Shown: piece by piece, positions 27,872-29,233 of the stretch
Layout of the letters: each line of letters starts with the position of its first letter
How positions within the stretch are numbered: the stretch's first letter is position 1
From: Spirulina sp.
GTDB taxonomy: Bacteria > Cyanobacteriota > Cyanobacteriia > Phormidesmidales > Phormidesmidaceae
Direction: 5' to 3'
Length of the DNA: 29,233 nt
Assembly (NCBI GenBank): GCA_044070495.1
Contig: JBIPSI010000047.1
Coordinates: 1 to 29,233, forward strand
Translations under genes and position numbers: made by a program
The notes under the pieces: generated by a model
Databases searched by the model: none
Told to the model about the DNA's origin: nothing
What the model saw: the letters and a program-made list of their open reading frames with translations, nothing else

Positions 27872-29026
27872 GTGCCCTTGCAACAAGTGGTGATTGTAGG
27901 CTGTGGCGTCATCGGGGCCGCCATTGCCTACGAACTCAGCCAAAGCCCCGATCTAGCCATCACAGTCATCGACCCTAACCCACCCGCCAGCGGTTCCACC
28001 GGGGCAGCCCTGGGGGTAGCCATGGCGGTGATTAGCCAAAAGGCTAAGGGCCGCAACTGGCGGCTACGCGAACAAAGCCTGCGCCGCTATCAAACTCTGC
28101 TTCCCGAATTAGAGGCCAACCTGGGCCAGCCCATCCAGCGCAACCAGGGTATTCTCAGCCTCTGCTTTGACCCCGAAGCCCTCCCTCGCTGGCAATCGCT
28201 CCAAGCCATCCGCCAAGGGCAGGGGTATCGTTTAGACCTTTGGACGCCGGAACAAATCCTAGAACACTGCCCTTATCTAGAGGTCAGCCGCGCCGTGGTG
28301 GGGGTGTATTCTCCCCAGGATATTCAGGTGAACCCTACGGAACTTACTCAAGCCTTGGTCGCCTCGGCTACCCAACGCGGGGTCTGCTTTCAGTTTGGGG
28401 AAGCGGTGGTTGGGTTTGAGATCACTGCTTCCCAGGATCAGGCCATCTGTACCCAGGTAAACACCCCTAGTCAGAGCTTTTTGGCAGACTGGGTGATTGT
28501 GGCCGCTGGCCTCGGCAGCACCCCCCTAACGGCCTCCCTTCAGCAGCCGACCCTGCTGGGGCCAGTGCTGGGGCAGGGGTTACGATTGCATTTGGCAGAA
28601 CCCTTAGAAAGCCAAGACTTTCACCCCGTCATCAACGGCAACGACATTCACCTGGTGCCCCTGGGCGGCGGTGATTACTGGGTGGGAGCAACGGTGGAAT
28701 TCCCTGCCCACCCAGAGAACCCAGAAGCCGCCATCACTGAGTTTTTGACCCAGCCCCCCGATCCAACCCTCCTAGACGAGGTGCTTCAGGGAGCCATCGC
28801 CTACTGCCCCGCCCTCGCCCAGGGCACCATCACCGACCGCTGGTTTGGGCTGCGTCCCCGTCCCCAGGGTCAAGCTGCTCCGGTTCTGAAACCCCTAGCG
28901 GACTACCAGAACGTCATCCTAGCCAGCGGACACTACCGCAATGGCGTCTTGCTGGCCCCCGCCACTGCCCTAACGGTGCGAGACTGGGTGCTTGGTACTG
29001 CGCCCTTCTCCCCGGAGCGAGCATAG
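27872..29026 (+). CDS. FAD-dependent oxidoreductase (DAO/ThiO-like)
   Basis: GCGVIG Rossmann motif, STGAALG, GLRPRP and GHYRNGVLLAP. Confidence 0.9.
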   Translation: MPLQQVVIVGCGVIGAAIAYELSQSPDLAITVIDPNPPASGSTGAALGVAMAVISQKAKGRNWRLREQSLRRYQTLLPELEANLGQPIQRNQGILSLCFDPEALPRWQSLQAIRQGQGYRLDLWTPEQILEHCPYLEVSRAVVGVYSPQDIQVNPTELTQALVASATQRGVCFQFGEAVVGFEITASQDQAICTQVNTPSQSFLADWVIVAAGLGSTPLTASLQQPTLLGPVLGQGLRLHLAEPLESQDFHPVINGNDIHLVPLGGGDYWVGATVEFPAHPENPEAAITEFLTQPPDPTLLDEVLQGAIAYCPALAQGTITDRWFGLRPRPQGQAAPVLKPLADYQNVILASGHYRNGVLLAPATALTVRDWVLGTAPFSPERA

Positions 29027-29073
29027 GGTCAGCGGAGGGGCCGCTGTTGACCGATGGCTTGATTGCTATACCA

Positions 29074-29214
29074 AGCCCCTCTCCCAGGGGTGAGCTACTA
29101 AGTACACACATCTTGCTTTCATGCCGCAAGTCCTTGGAGATCCCCCTAAATCCCCCTTAAAAAGGGGGACTTTGACTCCGGTTCCCCCCTTTTTAAGGGG
29201 GGCTAGGGGGGATC
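29074..29214. repeat. Composite palindromic repeat (GATCCCCCTAAATCCCCCTTAAAAAGGGGG...CCCCCCTTTTTAAGGGGGGCTAGGGGGGATC with a terminal motif)
   Basis: Double hairpin at 29139-29214; shares blocks with 12833-12931. Confidence 0.85.
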
Positions 29215-29233
29215 GATTCCTTGTATTGTCTAC

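Overview
Chromosomal window from a GC-rich cyanobacterium, judged from prk, psbQ, CAB-domain hemH, rbcR/ycf30 and cyanobacterial palindromic repeats. The first ~2.2 kb looks like the end of an integrated, possibly virus-like element. It holds a >342-aa Pro/Gly-rich ORF running off the window (missing from the ORF track), a 99-aa ORF and a divergent short tyrosine recombinase. The rest is mostly core genes: puuE, a response regulator, glcD, rnz, hisA, fabI, prk, hemH, hrcA, a 2Fe-2S ferredoxin, rbcR, psbQ and an FAD oxidoreductase. There are also two stand-alone recombinase genes, one a degenerate large serine recombinase and one an XisA/XisC-like tyrosine integrase between two inverted repeat copies. 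Small mobile or repeat elements include an internally deleted IS66, a 133-bp MITE inserted in a stop codon, REP-like hairpins and composite palindromic repeats. The most notable gene encodes a 761-aa RyR + TPR-sensor + SLOG + class III nucleotide cyclase fusion with non-canonical substrate-specificity residues. No tRNA, rRNA or CRISPR array was recognised. All calls are by eye from motifs; no searches were run.
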